From positions 31,372,001 through 31,436,000 of the forward strand of contig NC_043004.1 in the NCBI RefSeq assembly GCF_006345805.1: 64,000 nucleotides of DNA, written 5' to 3'. A program made the translations under genes and the position numbers. Below the pieces are notes generated by a model that worked only from the letters and a program-made list of their open reading frames with translations, made no database searches and was not told the origin of the DNA. Shown here piece after piece: positions 50,042 through 63,430 of the stretch; position 1 is the stretch's first letter, and each line of letters opens with the position of its first letter. The stretch is from Octopus sinensis (taxonomy: Eukaryota).

Positions 50042-50076
50042 AATAAAATAAGATTGTAGATATTCAAAGTAATAAA
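50042..50076 (+). promoter_or_regulatory. Candidate SFT2 polyadenylation signals (AATAAA at 50042 and 50071)
   Basis: Hexamers ~340-370 nt after the stop codon, followed by T/GT-rich sequence. Confidence 0.45.
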
Positions 50077-52439
50077 ACTTGGAGTATTTTTTAAAAACTT
50101 TTGTTTGTTTTTTTTAATGTTGTGTGCATTTTATTACATCCTGACTTATGTCCTCAAGGTGGTTATGTAAAAGAGAGAAAAAAATGCCATCTCAGCCATT
50201 TTACTTTGCAACTTTGTTTGGGTAGCTATTATTTAGAACCAGTCGTCTATAGAGGGAGATTTATTCTCATTCTGTTGAGATATATTTCCTGCCTATGAGG
50301 TCATTTATTTCACTTGAACCAGAGTATGCTATTATTTATTTGACTGACACAATGATTGAACTTATTAACTGAAATGAGAATAATAGGCAGAGTCAGAGAT
50401 TGCTTGAGGGTAGGTCACATTTTATTTTATTTTTTAATTTTACACGGAGGGGGTAGATCTCCTTAGTGAAGGAGGAGCTATTTAAAGAGTTTATTGAAAA
50501 TAGGAGCACACTGCACAAGGATGACTGTTACAACAGACATTTTGCCAGGCTACAGTGGCTGGAGAAGTTTGTAGACTTGGTGATTCTCCATGTAGATAAG
50601 GTGTCGGTTGTAGTAATTGTATATCCTTGATGTATAGAGCAATGCTATAGTATTGTACCTTGTTGGGCAAGGTCTGTACTACTAGTATTCCAGTCATGAC
50701 CACCTCTTTTTTTATGTGTATCTCTAAGTTATATACCCAGGCCTATTCCCCATTTTTTTAGGAGGGGGTAGCCACAAGACACACACTAGGCATTCCATTC
50801 ATTTTCCAGCTCTAAGAGGCAAGCCCTGTTCTATGCTTGGATCAAGGGATAGAACGCAACTCCCCAATATCAGCAGCAAAGCCTGACAGCATATGCTGGT
50901 TCCGTACCCCCTTTGAGCAACATCAAATTCACTCATCCATCCACAAACACTCTCCAAGCTTTCCTCTCATTTATAAATTCTCATGCCTCTCTCACTCCAA
51001 CACCTAACCACCACCAAAGCTTTCCTCACACCATCCATCCACACAAACTGAAGTTTGCTTCTGCTGCCTTCATCATCCTCCTTACCATCTGCTCCTCATC
51101 CATCATCCTGGGTATGACTATAAACTACATCCGATAGTGAGGCCCTAGTTTCAGGGTTTCAGAAGTGTGGAACCACCTCTTAACCACTATTGTTCCCAGG
51201 TCTATTCAGGCCTGGAATGGTTGCACTTGTAAGGGTCCCAGCTATGGGTTAACTAGCAAACTCCCTTGCGACTAAGGAGGGGAGCAGTAGAATGCAGTTG
51301 CCGTATTCCCTGCCTGGTGTAAGAGGCGACTAAAAGGGGCAGGAACGAAGGGACTGGGAATCCACTCCTAGTAATGTCATATTCCTAAAAACTCAAGGAA
51401 AAAGTATTTGTAAGTTCATTAATGAAATCTTTTACGACAGTATAGTGTGATTTGAAGAAGATTTGGGTGCTATATCTATTAAGTTTAGCAATGTTATTGT
51501 TTACATCAGCTTTTACTTGCATGAATTACTGGAGGGTTTTTTGGGTTTCTTTTATACAGCTCAGTCATATGAAGGGCAACAATTCATAACTTTACTTAAG
51601 GTCTCCAAGACTGCTGAGTTATCCTCATATGATCCGAATGTTAACGGAGTGAACTCTCATTTCGAGGATCAGGTTGTGCTGGTACTGAGCAGAGAAACAT
51701 TAAGTCTACCATTCTATAACAGACCCATTGACATGTTTTCAGTTTCCATTTACCACCAAATTTCACTCAAATGACACTTACCCAAGGTACCATGCAGCAG
51801 GACCAAACCCAAAGGAAGCAGAAAAAACAAATTATTTGCTCTCTTCCGATGGTCATTTCATAAGTTGCAACTAGTAGTTCCCAAGTATTATAAAACACCT
51901 GGTGAATTTACTACAAAGTATAGTCATATCTATGAAAATAGTGACCTAAATTTCTGTAAGACTTAGTTGTCTTTCACCCTGACTGTATTTTCTTGTTCAT
52001 TTTTCATATTTACATCAATTTTTTTTCATGCTAGCATGGGTTAGATGTACATATGATTGAAATATTGTTTTAGCCAGATGTTTTTCTTATCACTAACCCA
52101 TATTTGTTTTTCAAGAAGGGACATCGTATTCCACATGTCTGAAGGTACAAAGCTAGCAGATAATTTGCTGACAGGGAAAATTACATCACTACTTATATAA
52201 GCAGAAGTAAATTGTAAGTAATCTTTGCACTAGTTTCAGGATTTATCCCAACTTGGTTACATCTAATGCAATGTAAACCAATTTCTACAACTGAAAGAAA
52301 TCATGAAGTTGACCTGAAATAAAACAAAATCTCATGAGATATGATTATAGTAAGAATGTAAAGAAAATAAGTAGATCAGGTTATCTATTAGTGATTACCA
52401 TGAGACAGAAGTAGAGGCAATTAGAAGCTGTACATGTAA

Positions 52440-52800
52440 ATTAGGCAAATAAACAGCTAAATTTGAAAGTTTGCATAAATGGAAAAGAAAATACAATATC
52501 CCATCCAAAAATAGAAGTATATTTTTTTTTTTAATCACAAAATATCAACTAGATTGTGGCTGAGAGATAACAATTTAAACAAAGTAGCCACCCTCAGCTT
52601 CCACAACATCCTCAAGACAGCTCCAGAACCTGGCACATGCATTCTTCACTGTATCCCTGGGAAGATCTTCAAACACTTCCTCAGTCTTAGCCACCAGCTC
52701 AGCCTAGGTGTATTGCAGACAGAAGAGTTAATGTCTCTCTCTCATCTGCACCCCACATATAGTAATCCATGGGATTACAATCAGGGGAATTTGGAAGCCA
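52440..52800 (-). mobile_element. Fragment of the same maT-like family as 42355-43138
   Basis: Shared AAGTAGCCACCCTCAGCT...CTCCAGAACCTGG...GGGAAGATCTTCAAACAC. Confidence 0.75.
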
Positions 52801-52900
52801 GATAAGCAAAGAAAAAAATATTTTTATGACATGTAACTATATACATGCACAACCAAACAAAAAAAAAACAACTCCACTAAAACATAGTCAAGAAATAATA

Positions 52901-52906
52901 TTTATT
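52901..52906 (-). promoter_or_regulatory. Candidate EIF2S3 polyadenylation signal
   Basis: AATAAA on the minus strand ~185 nt after the stop codon. Confidence 0.5.
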
Positions 52907-53089
52907 AAACTGCTTCTGTGGTTGCATATTAGCAAAGTCAGGCAATAAACCATGAAAATTTTGCACTTATTGCAAGTTATAGATGTTAAATGTTGTTCTC
53001 TCAGAAAAATCTCGTTGCCAGTCCTAAGTAAGGGGAGGCATCAATTACATTTACATAGTTAAGAGTCTACCGATGTGGTAATTGTAAGC

Positions 53090-53153
53090 TCACTCATCAG
53101 GACCAACAGGCTTTACTGTCAAACCACGACGAATTTGTCCCCAGCCAATTAAT
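53090..53153 (-). CDS. EIF2S3: eIF2-gamma last coding exon: (R)LIGWGQIRRGLTVKPVGPDE*
   Basis: TTTGTAG acceptor at 53154-53155; TGA at 53092-53090. Confidence 0.97.
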
Positions 53154-53274
53154 CTACAAAAGAAAAGATTCACCAGTTTAATTTAAGAAATATCAATTAA
53201 TTAATTTTGAAGAATCATCAATCTCATAAAATAAAAAATGACATCATGAAGATTCTAATAAATTTTAGTTTTAC

Positions 53275-53447
53275 CTCCAGTGCTTTTCAACTCTCCGACT
53301 CAGAGCAATTTTCTCACCAATCTCTGTACAAACAGGTGAAGTCAGAACAATTTTAGCCAAATCAGCTTTTACAGCCAAAACTCTCCCACCAGTTGATAAA
53401 GAACCTATGTTTACCATTAAAGTTTCGTTCTTAGCCAATTTTTGGAC
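53275..53447 (-). CDS. EIF2S3: eIF2-gamma exon (173 nt): [21 protein letters not shown]...RRVEKHW(R)
   Basis: Canonical splice sites; near-identical to known eIF2-gamma domain III. Confidence 0.98.
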
Positions 53448-55014
53448 CTGAAAAATAAGAAACACGAATGAAAACCAAAGAACATCAACTAAAAAGCTTT
53501 GGGAGAATATTGTTCCACATATTTCTAACGATTTCTCCATCAACCAACACTTAAACCTAAAGTATTAAATTGCTTCATATTCTAGCAATAATACCAAATG
53601 ATATTTTGCTTACCTTTTAGTTTAAAACAAGTGATCCAAACATGAACTTTCACTCAATCAAGAAGTTAAATACAAATTATTATAGACAAGCTTTAATTTT
53701 ACTCTTGTAAAAAAAAAATCTATAATCTTTTTGTTGCTTAACTTTTATCTTTTGTGTGTTTTTGTTATTGAACTGTGACCCATGCTGGCACACCACCTTC
53801 AGGGGTTTAGTCAAACAAATTGACCCCAACATATTGTTTACAACTGGTTCTTAGTCTATGGATTGTTTTTGCCAAATTGCTAAGTTACAGGAATGTAAAC
53901 AAACCAACACCACTTGTCAAGCAGTGGAGAGGACCAAACACACATAATATATATAGGAGGCCATATAGGCATGTCCCTTATATCCACACTCACCCACCCA
54001 CAACACCCAGCCTGCACATAATCTGTCCTAACAAACCTAGATCCCATCTACCCCAACTCTCTTCCTTCTCTCCCAATCTCCCCTGTTGAATCTCTTCCCC
54101 CACAGCATATTCTAACAACCCATCTCTGCTTCAGTCCACTTGCTACATTCTCTCCACTGCCCACTCTCCTTTCGCAATCTTACAAACTTATCTACTCACT
54201 CACCTTCTCTAATACTTGCTCTCACACATGCACCTCCCTGTAACTTGAGTGTACCCACCCCATTGCACCATCACCCCTCTCTCTGCTACTGAGATAGCCA
54301 TGTATCTCCTTTACTGCAAGACGCCTATTTCTGTCCCTCAGACTCTAACCTCTCACCCAGCACAAAACCACTTCTCGCGATACTACTCAGTCGAGATCCC
54401 CTCAAACCATCCAACCCATGCCAACATGGAAAACAAATGTTAAATGAAGATAATGATGGTGGTCATACATAGATACACATACAAATACTACAGGATATCA
54501 CACAGGTTCCATCTACCAAATTTATTCACAAAGCATTGGTCAGTCCAGGGCTATAGTAGAAGATACCTGCCCAAGATGCCATGTAGTGGACTCCAAACCA
54601 CATTGAGCAAAGTGAGCTTCTTAGCACAAACTATACTGGTCACTTTTATTTTGTTATTAAGCTTGAATAAATGAGGACAAAAAGCAGAAGGCATCACTAA
54701 TGAGTGACTAATTTTTCACTAATACAGCAAATCCTACTTGAATAACACATTTCAGTTAGAACAGCAAGCAGATCAAGAGCTCTTGCTTATTATCACATTT
54801 TCTCTCTTTTATTAATTTCTAAAATGCACAAAATTAAATAGTTTTGAAACTGAAGTTAATCATTTTTTATTAAAGAAATGCCTAGTTAAATAACATTCAA
54901 TTTCATGAAAAAATAAGCCAACATTGACCTACAATAGAGAAATGTTCGTTATAATGCTAAAACATTAAACAAAATTTCCATCACTAGTTTCCTTGGAGAA
55001 GAATTTTACTGCAA

Positions 55015-55648
55015 CAATGGAAACCCTTAACTTGGTCCTAATCGTTATTAAAACAATGGAAACCCTTAACTTGGTCCTAATCGTTATTAAATAGTTATTA
55101 AATCAATGGAAACCCTTAACTTGGTCCTAATCGTTATTAAATAGTTATTAAATCAATGGAAACCTTTAACTTGGTCCTAATCGTTATTAAATAGTTATTA
55201 AATCAATGGAAACTCTTAACTTGGTCCTAATCGTTATTAAAACAATGGAAACCCTTAACTTGGTCCTAATCGTTATTAAAACAATGGAAACCCTTAACTT
55301 GGTCCTAATCGTTATTAAATAGTTATTAAATCAATGGAAACCCTTAACTTGGTCCTAATCGTTATTAAATAGTTATTAAATCAATGGAAACCTTTAACTT
55401 GGTCCTAATCGTTATTAAATAGTTATTAAATCAATGGAAACTCTTAACTTGGTCCTAATCGTTATTAAAACAATGGAAACCCTTAACTTGGTCCTAATCG
55501 TTATTAAAACAATGGAAACCCTTAACTTGGTCCTAATCGTTATTAAATAGTTATTAAATCAATGGAAACCCTTAACTTGGTCCTAATCGTTATTAAATAG
55601 TTATTAAATCAATGGAAACCCTTAACTTGGTCCTAATAGTTATTAAAT
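55015..55648. repeat. Intronic minisatellite of 39/50-bp monomers with a 228-bp higher-order repeat
   Basis: Core CAATGGAAACCCTTAACTTGGTCCTAATCGTTATTAA; order S-L-L-L'-S' restarting at 55015, 55243 and 55471. Confidence 0.97.
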
Positions 55649-55706
55649 ACATATTAAGCTGGTCACACTTTATTTGCAATTCTAACACAAGGTGTAAATG
55701 ACAAAC

Positions 55707-55876
55707 CTTTGCTCCTTTCTTATCGCCTTCAGTTTTCACACCCAATAATCGGCGGAGCAAAAAGTAAGATATTTCCAATTCTGTATAAATTTCTGGTAAC
55801 ACACCAACACCTCCTAATACTTGCCCCACCATTCTATCAGCACGGCATAATGTTGGGTCAATTTTTGTTCCAACAC
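55707..55876 (-). CDS. EIF2S3: eIF2-gamma exon (170 nt): (G)[21 protein letters not shown]...EGDKKGAK
   Basis: Canonical splice sites; conserved sequence. Confidence 0.98.
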
Positions 55877-56490
55877 CTACAAGGTAAAATAAAAAAAAAA
55901 AAATCAGTATACATAAAATTAAGAATGCATTTAGTTAAATTAGAGATTACAAATTAATAAGCATTTTAAAAAAATTTACTTTCTGAAGTAACAACTTTAT
56001 ACTAAAAATATATTCAGACACAAAAACTGGTTTAACCATATTAATCTATGTTCCGAATCCCAGTTTAATAATGACCTATTTTATGAAATTCTTAATTACT
56101 TCCAAAATAAATTGAAACAAATAGTAATATTGTAACAAAAGGGTTAAAGTGAAATTTATAAATGGAAGCTAAAAACCTCAATGGAATACACAGAAACAGC
56201 TCTAGATTTAGAACATTATAAAACATTTTAGCTTGAAGAAATAGAAAACCTTTTTGTGATTTTATTTCTACACACGTAGATCCAATAAATGTCCAAACAA
56301 ATGATATGAAGTGAATTTAGTCAAATAAACTGGAGGTATTTTTATTTTTTACGATATTAGGCTGGTACTAAGAAGACATCAACTATGATTTTATATAAAC
56401 ACTTCAGCATTTACCAGTTTTATGGTGGATACAAAAAGAGTTAAAACCTTAGAGAAATGTTTCTAAAAATTTCACAAAAATCAACTATAC

Positions 56491-56635
56491 CTATTAAACC
56501 ACCAGGAACTGCATATTGTAAATCATTTTGCTCAGCAAATAGTGACAGAATTCTGGATAAAATAGGTTTACATGACAGTTGGCCATCCTTTTCTTTGCTT
56601 ACTATTCCAGGCCGTACTTCAATTTCTTGTCCAAC
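56491..56635 (-). CDS. EIF2S3: eIF2-gamma exon (145 nt): [12 protein letters not shown]...[11 protein letters not shown](G)
   Basis: Canonical splice sites; conserved sequence. Confidence 0.98.
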
Positions 56636-57079
56636 CTGAAATATAATAAATATCAAATTAATGCAAAGAGTGACATTTCTTTTGTCTAACATCTTCTGAA
56701 ACTATGTCAACTCATTCATTCATGTCTGTTTTTCTCACACTTGCAAGGATTAGAATTAGATGAATGTATTGAAGCATTGTTTTGCTGGATGCCCTTCCTG
56801 TCACTAACCTTTACCCGTTTACCAACTAAAAGGATCTTTTATTGCACAAGTCTTCAAACATGCAAAGTCAGTGGATGATGTGTTGAATGGGAAAATGACA
56901 ATATTTACCACTTGTAGTTTGAAATTTTCATTCAAGAACAAGAAATTAATAAAATCTGCAAATGCTTGGGCTGTTACATGTTCTGGTGAGGAATATGTGG
57001 TAGTGCTACTTTAGAACAAAGTTCTGATACTGTGTTGTCTGTTTTCTCATTGTAGATGTTTTGTAGAAAGGGAGAAAGA

Positions 57080-57480
57080 TAAATTCGACTTTACCATATG
57101 TTTGATGTTGGCTGCAGATCTTGTATGATGGGTTAAGTATTTGTTATTCAGGGATATATATCAACTCATTTCTTCTGCATAAGCTAATGTATTTCCAGAC
57201 TGTTTTTACCCAATGTTATAGGTATTTGATGATTACTTTCTTAACAGTCGATGGATGGTGAAATACAATCCAGGGGTGGCAGAGTCCAGCAGTTGTAGTT
57301 TATTGATCCACTGATATTCCGATTGGCTCCAGTCCTTTCCTTTTCACTAATATATCCAAGACAGACAGTTGGCTGTTGCTCTTTTTCTTTTCACGCAAAA
57401 GAAGATTAATGTAGGAGTTGGGTCCATGTGCTCTACAACAACTTGGAGATGCTCTTAAGTGTTGCAAGGCTACAACAGTG
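57080..57480 (-). mobile_element. Decayed Penelope-like RT/thumb fragment
   Basis: Minus translation QLSVLDILVKRK...TTTAGL..W..FHHPSTVKKVII...KICS resembles the PLE LPFLD-VYRKPT-SFHP-K.ICS region. Confidence 0.6.
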
Positions 57481-58634
57481 TCACCTTCAAAACTGCAGGT
57501 TTCAGTGTTGTATTTTCTAGAGTTAAATTTTCAAAACAGTTCATGCAGATACTTGCCATGAGATGGTGATAATGGAGCACCCACAGCCATCCCATCCACT
57601 TGCAGGCAAATTTCATTTTAAATTTGAAGTTAGTAGTTGTTAGGCACACTGGTGACATTGATATTATCAACTGGTATTTTTGCAGCCTACTAAGAACTGC
57701 AGTTCTTATGTATAAATAGCAAATTAATAAATTGAAGGCTTACTGGGCATCAAAATTGTATGTATATGAGAGGGCCAAGAAAATGTCTATGTCTGGTTCT
57801 ACGACATAGACACCTAAAACAAAAAATAGCTAAAGGGTGGTACAATCTAATAGGTTCTACTCACTTGTGAGTAGACATGCATTGTTAGGTATATGTACAT
57901 GTAAGCACACACACATATATGTATGTATACATATATATATACACACATGCATGTACATGTGTGTGTGTATATATATATATCTGCATATTATTAAATCTAC
58001 ATCGTTGGTCTCTTTGATAGCCTCTTGTCCCTTGGACATCTCCATCATTTACCCATTTCATCACATATACCTCTGATGTCTATTGTCCATGTCTTTATCC
58101 CTTATGCCCTATTGCTCATCTCTCACTCACTCCCTTCCAACGCCCCATTAAGTGTGGGATCAAGAGATGCCTTTAATCTAGAAGACATGACAAATTCCCT
58201 AGTGCTACTGCTATGAGGAAATACAGCAAATACACCCTATAAAAGGGGGGGGGTGATAGGAAGAGCATCCTGCTATGGAAATCAATCTAATGACGAAAAA
58301 CTCAAGACTTGATCCTCTAACTCACCAAGAAGTGCAGTAATATCCATACAATACATGCCAGCATAGAAATGGATGTAAAACAATGTTGATATGTGTATGC
58401 AGGTGTGTGTATTATTTTAACAGGTGAAAGCACTTGATAGGTGCCGTGCATGAAACTCTTGGCCCTTGAGTTACTTTATAACTTTTACCAGTTACAATAA
58501 AGAAATATGTATATTCGTGCATTGAGTTTTATTTATCTTGTGTTTGAACCAAACCCATACATGTATGTTTATAAGTGTGTGTGTGTGTGTGTAAGCAAAC
58601 ATGCATGCATAAATAGATATCAATTCAAAATTAC

Positions 58635-58729
58635 CTTCAAAACTCCTTTTAAAATACTACCACCAGCAACACCCCCTTTCACTTCATTCACTTCACAGCC
58701 TGGTTTATTGACATCAAAGGATCGAATAA
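58635..58729 (-). CDS. EIF2S3: eIF2-gamma exon (95 nt): (V)[31 protein letters not shown]
   Basis: Canonical splice sites; conserved [10 protein letters not shown] motif. Confidence 0.98.
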
Positions 58730-58899
58730 CTGGAAATAAAAGAAATACATTGTTCATAAATTTGAGGTATCAGATGAGATTTCAAAAAAACATCAAACTA
58801 ATTCAATTTCTTACAGAACTTCACAACACAATTTATGAAAACATACAGAACAGGATTGTAATCAAACAAGCACAATTAATATGTTGAATAGTAACTTAC

Positions 58900-59034
58900 C
58901 TATTAACCTTGGTTCTGATTTAAAGTCTCTCAAAGGGACAGGTATTTTTTTATCAATATATTCGCATACAACATCAATATTATATTTCAACTGAGCAGAT
59001 ACAGGTATGATAGGGGCACCCTCGGCTATCGTGC
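58900..59034 (-). CDS. EIF2S3: eIF2-gamma exon (135 nt): (G)[44 protein letters not shown]
   Basis: Canonical splice sites; SAQ (G5) motif. Confidence 0.98.
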
Positions 59035-60067
59035 CTGTAAAGGTAAAGAAAGAAGTATGATATTTACTTTGTAATAAAGGGACAAATTATAACTGACATT
59101 TGAATTAACCTGTTTGAACAAAGAATACTTTGAAGGGAAATGAAATGAATTAAAGAAGAAATTCTGAAATAACACTATTTTACGAAATATCTTTCCTTGC
59201 ATTATCATATCAATAGATGACCTATTTCAGAAACACAATGTGTTGGTCACAAAATTTCTCTGAAAGAATTCAAAAGTATTCCTATTGCCTTTTTTGGGTG
59301 CTTTTTACAAAATACTATCTGGTTGTCTGTTGCCAAGAATAAGAGAAAAGCAATTACCCCAAAAGGATGAAAGCAAAGTTTATGCTAACAGGGTTTGATC
59401 TTGTTTCTGCCAATTTACATCATTATATGTAATGTACAGATCAGGTATTTTGTTTCACTGTATTGCCTATCTTTCAATTTTGTAATCCACAGATCAGGTA
59501 TTTTGTTTGGCTGTCCTGACTATCTTTCAATATATAAAAAGGAATTTATTTGACCCTTTTGATTCCAACTGACTTGAAACCACTCCACTGGTTCTAAGGT
59601 ACAAATTCCCTGCTTTAAAATTATCTAAATTTTAAAAATTCCATCAAAATTTCATGTTAATTTATGTTCCAAATACCAACTTAATAATTAAATTCAATAT
59701 TTTCATAATTAACTGAAGCAAAGATAGCGTATTTCATTAGAAATATAGTAATAAAAAGGGTTAATAATGTTGCATTATTTTCTTAGACAAAAATTTTCAA
59801 CAGAATTTTCCAAACCAAACAATGAAAGGTGGTGGTGGTGAGAAAATCAAGAGTTTTGGATATAATACCTTTACATCTCTTTATATTCTGAATTCAAATC
59901 CTGCCCATGACAAGTTTGCCTTTTGTCTTTCTCTTGTTTTAGGAGTTTTTGTTGACTGTATTATTATATCAACAAAATCTCTTTAAAACAAGCTACACAG
60001 TCTAATGGCTGACACCAGTAAAAAGAATAAAAGAATGCAATAAAATAACAGTCCAAGAGCCACTTAC

Positions 60068-60226
60068 CTTTTACAAAAGCTAAAATCTGCTCGTATTGCT
60101 CCTTGGCTTGGGATTCTTTTACCAAATCTATTTTGTTTTGCAGAATAATAATGTGTTGCAATTTCATAATTTCTATAGCAGCTAAATGTTCTGATGTTTG
60201 TGGCTGTGGACACGGTTCATTACCCG
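60068..60226 (-). CDS. EIF2S3: eIF2-gamma exon (159 nt): (A)[14 protein letters not shown]...[10 protein letters not shown]...ILAFVK
   Basis: Canonical splice sites; NKID (G4) motif. Confidence 0.98.
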
Positions 60227-60774
60227 CTGGAGACAAATGTAAATATAAAATATATAGTACAACAAATAAACTGAGAGAAACATACTGAAAACGCTTGTTT
60301 GAAATTACTAATAAAATACATTAACCCTTTTGATACCAACCAAACTGAGAATGGCTTATGAGACAAGCTTCTTGTTTTAAAGTGATCTACATTAAAACTT
60401 TCCATCAAACTTTAATATAAATTTAAGTTTGAAACATAAGGTGATGCTTATTTGTTCACAATGTTTTATATTAATCAGCCATTATGTCAGTTCCATGGTT
60501 TTGATGATGTAATGGTTTCATTTTAGAATGATATTGTAGGGTAGGTGTGATCAGTGTGAACAAAAAACAGAATATTTAGGCCTGATATGGCCAGTTTAAA
60601 TGCTGGGTTGGATTGCCTATGTTCAGTCCACTGCAGGACAAAGGCTTCAGCATGTTCTCTCCATTAGAGAATGGCTTGAGATCAAATTGGTTCGATGAGC
60701 CTACTCTGCCACAATGGCTCAACATGAATTGGCAGAGGGATGCAGTTTTTTTCTATTGCTAATATTAGTGGTCT

Positions 60775-61000
60775 CAAGAAGGCAGCAAGCTGGCAGAATC
60801 ATTAGCACGCTGGGCTAAATGCTTAGCAGCATTTCATCTTTCTTTACACGCTGAATTCAAATTCTACCAAGGCTGACTTTGCCTTTCATCCTTTTGGGAG
60901 TCAATAAAAGAAGTACGAATTGAACACTGGGGTCAATGTAATCAACTTACCCACTCACCCGAAATAGCTGGCCTTGAGTCAAAATTTGAAAACCAATATT
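60775..61000 (+). mobile_element. SINE family B
   Basis: GCTGGCAGAATCATTAGCACGCTGGG...GAATTCAAATTCTACC...TTTGCCTTTCATCCTT; similar copy at 63225-63430. Confidence 0.8.
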
Positions 61001-61607
61001 AATGGTCTCAGGACTGGATTAGCTGGTCTCATACAACCTAAGGCCTGACTCATTCATCTCATACTGCAATTGTCCAGCTGGACCTTGCACTAACCAATTC
61101 TGAAATTTTATCTCCAGTCTCATGTTTTTTCCAGTGCTAATTGACATAGAAAACTGACTATTTAAACCTCACATATCTCAGAGAGCCTGTAAAAGATATG
61201 AGGACCAGCCCCTTCCTCCAGACCAAAGCAGCTTAAAAAAATATTCAAGAAGGCTTGAAGTTCAAAAGATTAACCCTTCAACATGTGAACTGACCATATC
61301 CGGCCTAAATATCCTACTTGTTTTGTTTGAACCATTTGGATCTGGACCCTCATACTTATCCAAATATGTCATTCTAAAAATAAACAATCATATCATCGAA
61401 ATCCCTAAGTAATGAGATAATGCATGATTAATTCAAAACAGTGTGAATAGATAAGCATAATATTTGACAGAATAATCTGAATACTAAAGGATTAAATATA
61501 TCATCAACCTCACTTATTTGATGCTGGTAGAATGCAATAGAAATATTAGATGTACAAGAACACTAAATTGACAACGATGTGTTAATGAAAAAGAAAAATA
61601 TACTTAC

Positions 61608-61702
61608 CAATAAGTAAGAGAGCAGCATCCATGACAGCAGCTCCATTCAACATGGTGGCCATAAGAATGTCATGGCCAGGACAATCAACAAATGAAACAT
61701 GC
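61608..61702 (-). CDS. EIF2S3: eIF2-gamma exon (95 nt): (R)[31 protein letters not shown]
   Basis: Canonical splice sites; DCPGH (G3) motif. Confidence 0.99.
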
Positions 61703-63224
61703 CTAAGGAGAACAAATAAATTAACTATTAGCTCTGATAAAAACAAATAACATCAAATTTATCATTTTAAATAAACATATTTATTCCATTCAAACTTTTT
61801 TTAGATGACACAGGCAAAATAGCAGAGTGAATAGGGTTTGGGATTTTCAAGTTATGGACTGTAAGTTCATATTCCACTGTAGTTACTTCATTGTAACACT
61901 TATCAGCATTTTAACATGCATTTTTCTATGCTTGCATGGCTCAGATGAAATTATCTGAAGTTAATTAAACATGGCTAGACACCCTTCTTGCCACCAACCC
62001 TTACCTACTTCCAAGGTAATATTTTCCAAGGACCTGACGTTTTTCACAGAGTACTGGGCTGGGGCTAGTTCAGTCCTATTGTACCCAAGGTGCTGCACAA
62101 TATGACTGAACCCAAAACCATGTGGTTGTGAAGTGAACTTATTAAGCACACACCTATGCCCTATACCTATAATTACAATTAATTTTACTTACCTCACTCC
62201 ACCTAGAGGTCTAGCAATGTTACTATATGTGATATTTCAACATGTCTATCCATCTTCAATGGTCACTATTCCTAGAAGGGTCATAGGGTATTCAGGTACC
62301 CACTTCATAGAGTCCTATCAGAAGCAACCATCATTAGGTTGTCCAGCTGGATTCACAAGCTTGAACAGCTGAGACTATAGACATTTTTCAACCATCTCGT
62401 TCTTGGTGTACCCCAAGGTCACCTGTTGATTGACTGAACTTGAAGAACCCATATTGTGATTCTTTCTTATTATAATTTAATCACATGTCCATAGTATTAA
62501 AGCTGTAATCTCACAATGCAGAAGAGTAGTGGCTTGACCTATAAAGCCTCCCTGAACTCTGGACTACACACCTTGTTGAGTAATCCTGAAACCTTTCAGA
62601 GGAACTCGATTTTATCCACAATCATACTCTTTTGGCCATTACCCAACATTCCTGACCATAGATTGCTCCTAAAAAGATGGAATGATCATGGCTGAAGTGC
62701 TTGCATACAAAATTTGAAGGATATTTCACTGATATTTCTAACAAATAGAGCAACCACATGGAAGCTCTCTCAAGGCTTTTGAATGGACGTGTTTAACAAG
62801 CTGGTGCCTATCTTCTTAGATGAAGATAAGCACAAAAACTCAATCTTTCATCTACTTAATAGATGGAAGATAATCTAAGCTACTTTCAGCCAATGAAGAC
62901 TTTCTCTTTTAACAAATGTAATGTCCCTATAGGCCTCAGCCATCTGCTAGTTAAAGCCTTGAGAGAGCTTCAATGTGATTGCTCTACTTGTTAGAAATAG
63001 CAGCCAAATATCCTTCAAATCACACCTGACTGTCTATTAAAGGAAAGAAATTTATAAGATAATGTAGTCCAATATGCTCCTGAATAGATGGTATGGCCGT
63101 GGCTGGAGTGCTTGCAATGTGATTAAACAGCATTCCGCTTGTTAACGAAAGTGAAATAGGGGAAAGATTTTGAAACATTACTATAATCTGAATTATTGTT
63201 ATTATAATTAATATAATAGCAGCA

Positions 63225-63430
63225 GGCTGGAAGAATCGTTAGCATGTTGTATGAAATGCTTAGCAGTATTCCTTTCAGTTCTTTATGTTCTGAGTTCAAA
63301 TCCTACCAAAGTCAACTTTGCTTTTCATCCTTCAAAGAGTGGAGGGATAAAATAAGTACTGGGGTTGATGTAATCAACTAATCCATTCCTTCTAAAAACT
63401 GCTGGCTTTGTGCCAAAACTTGAAACCAAA
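63225..63430 (+). mobile_element. SINE family B
   Basis: Colinear with 60775-61000. Confidence 0.78.

Noticed and set aside
51300-51350. CCCTGCC...GTAAGAGGCGACTAAAAGGGGCAGG hairpin considered as an HDV-like ribozyme of a LINE 5' UTR
   Set aside because: Only 15 nt lie between the putative P2 strand and J4/2, too short for P3, P1 and P4.
55015-55648. Regular ~37-bp repeat resembling a CRISPR array
   Set aside because: No unique spacers, eukaryotic intron, no cas genes; it is a minisatellite.
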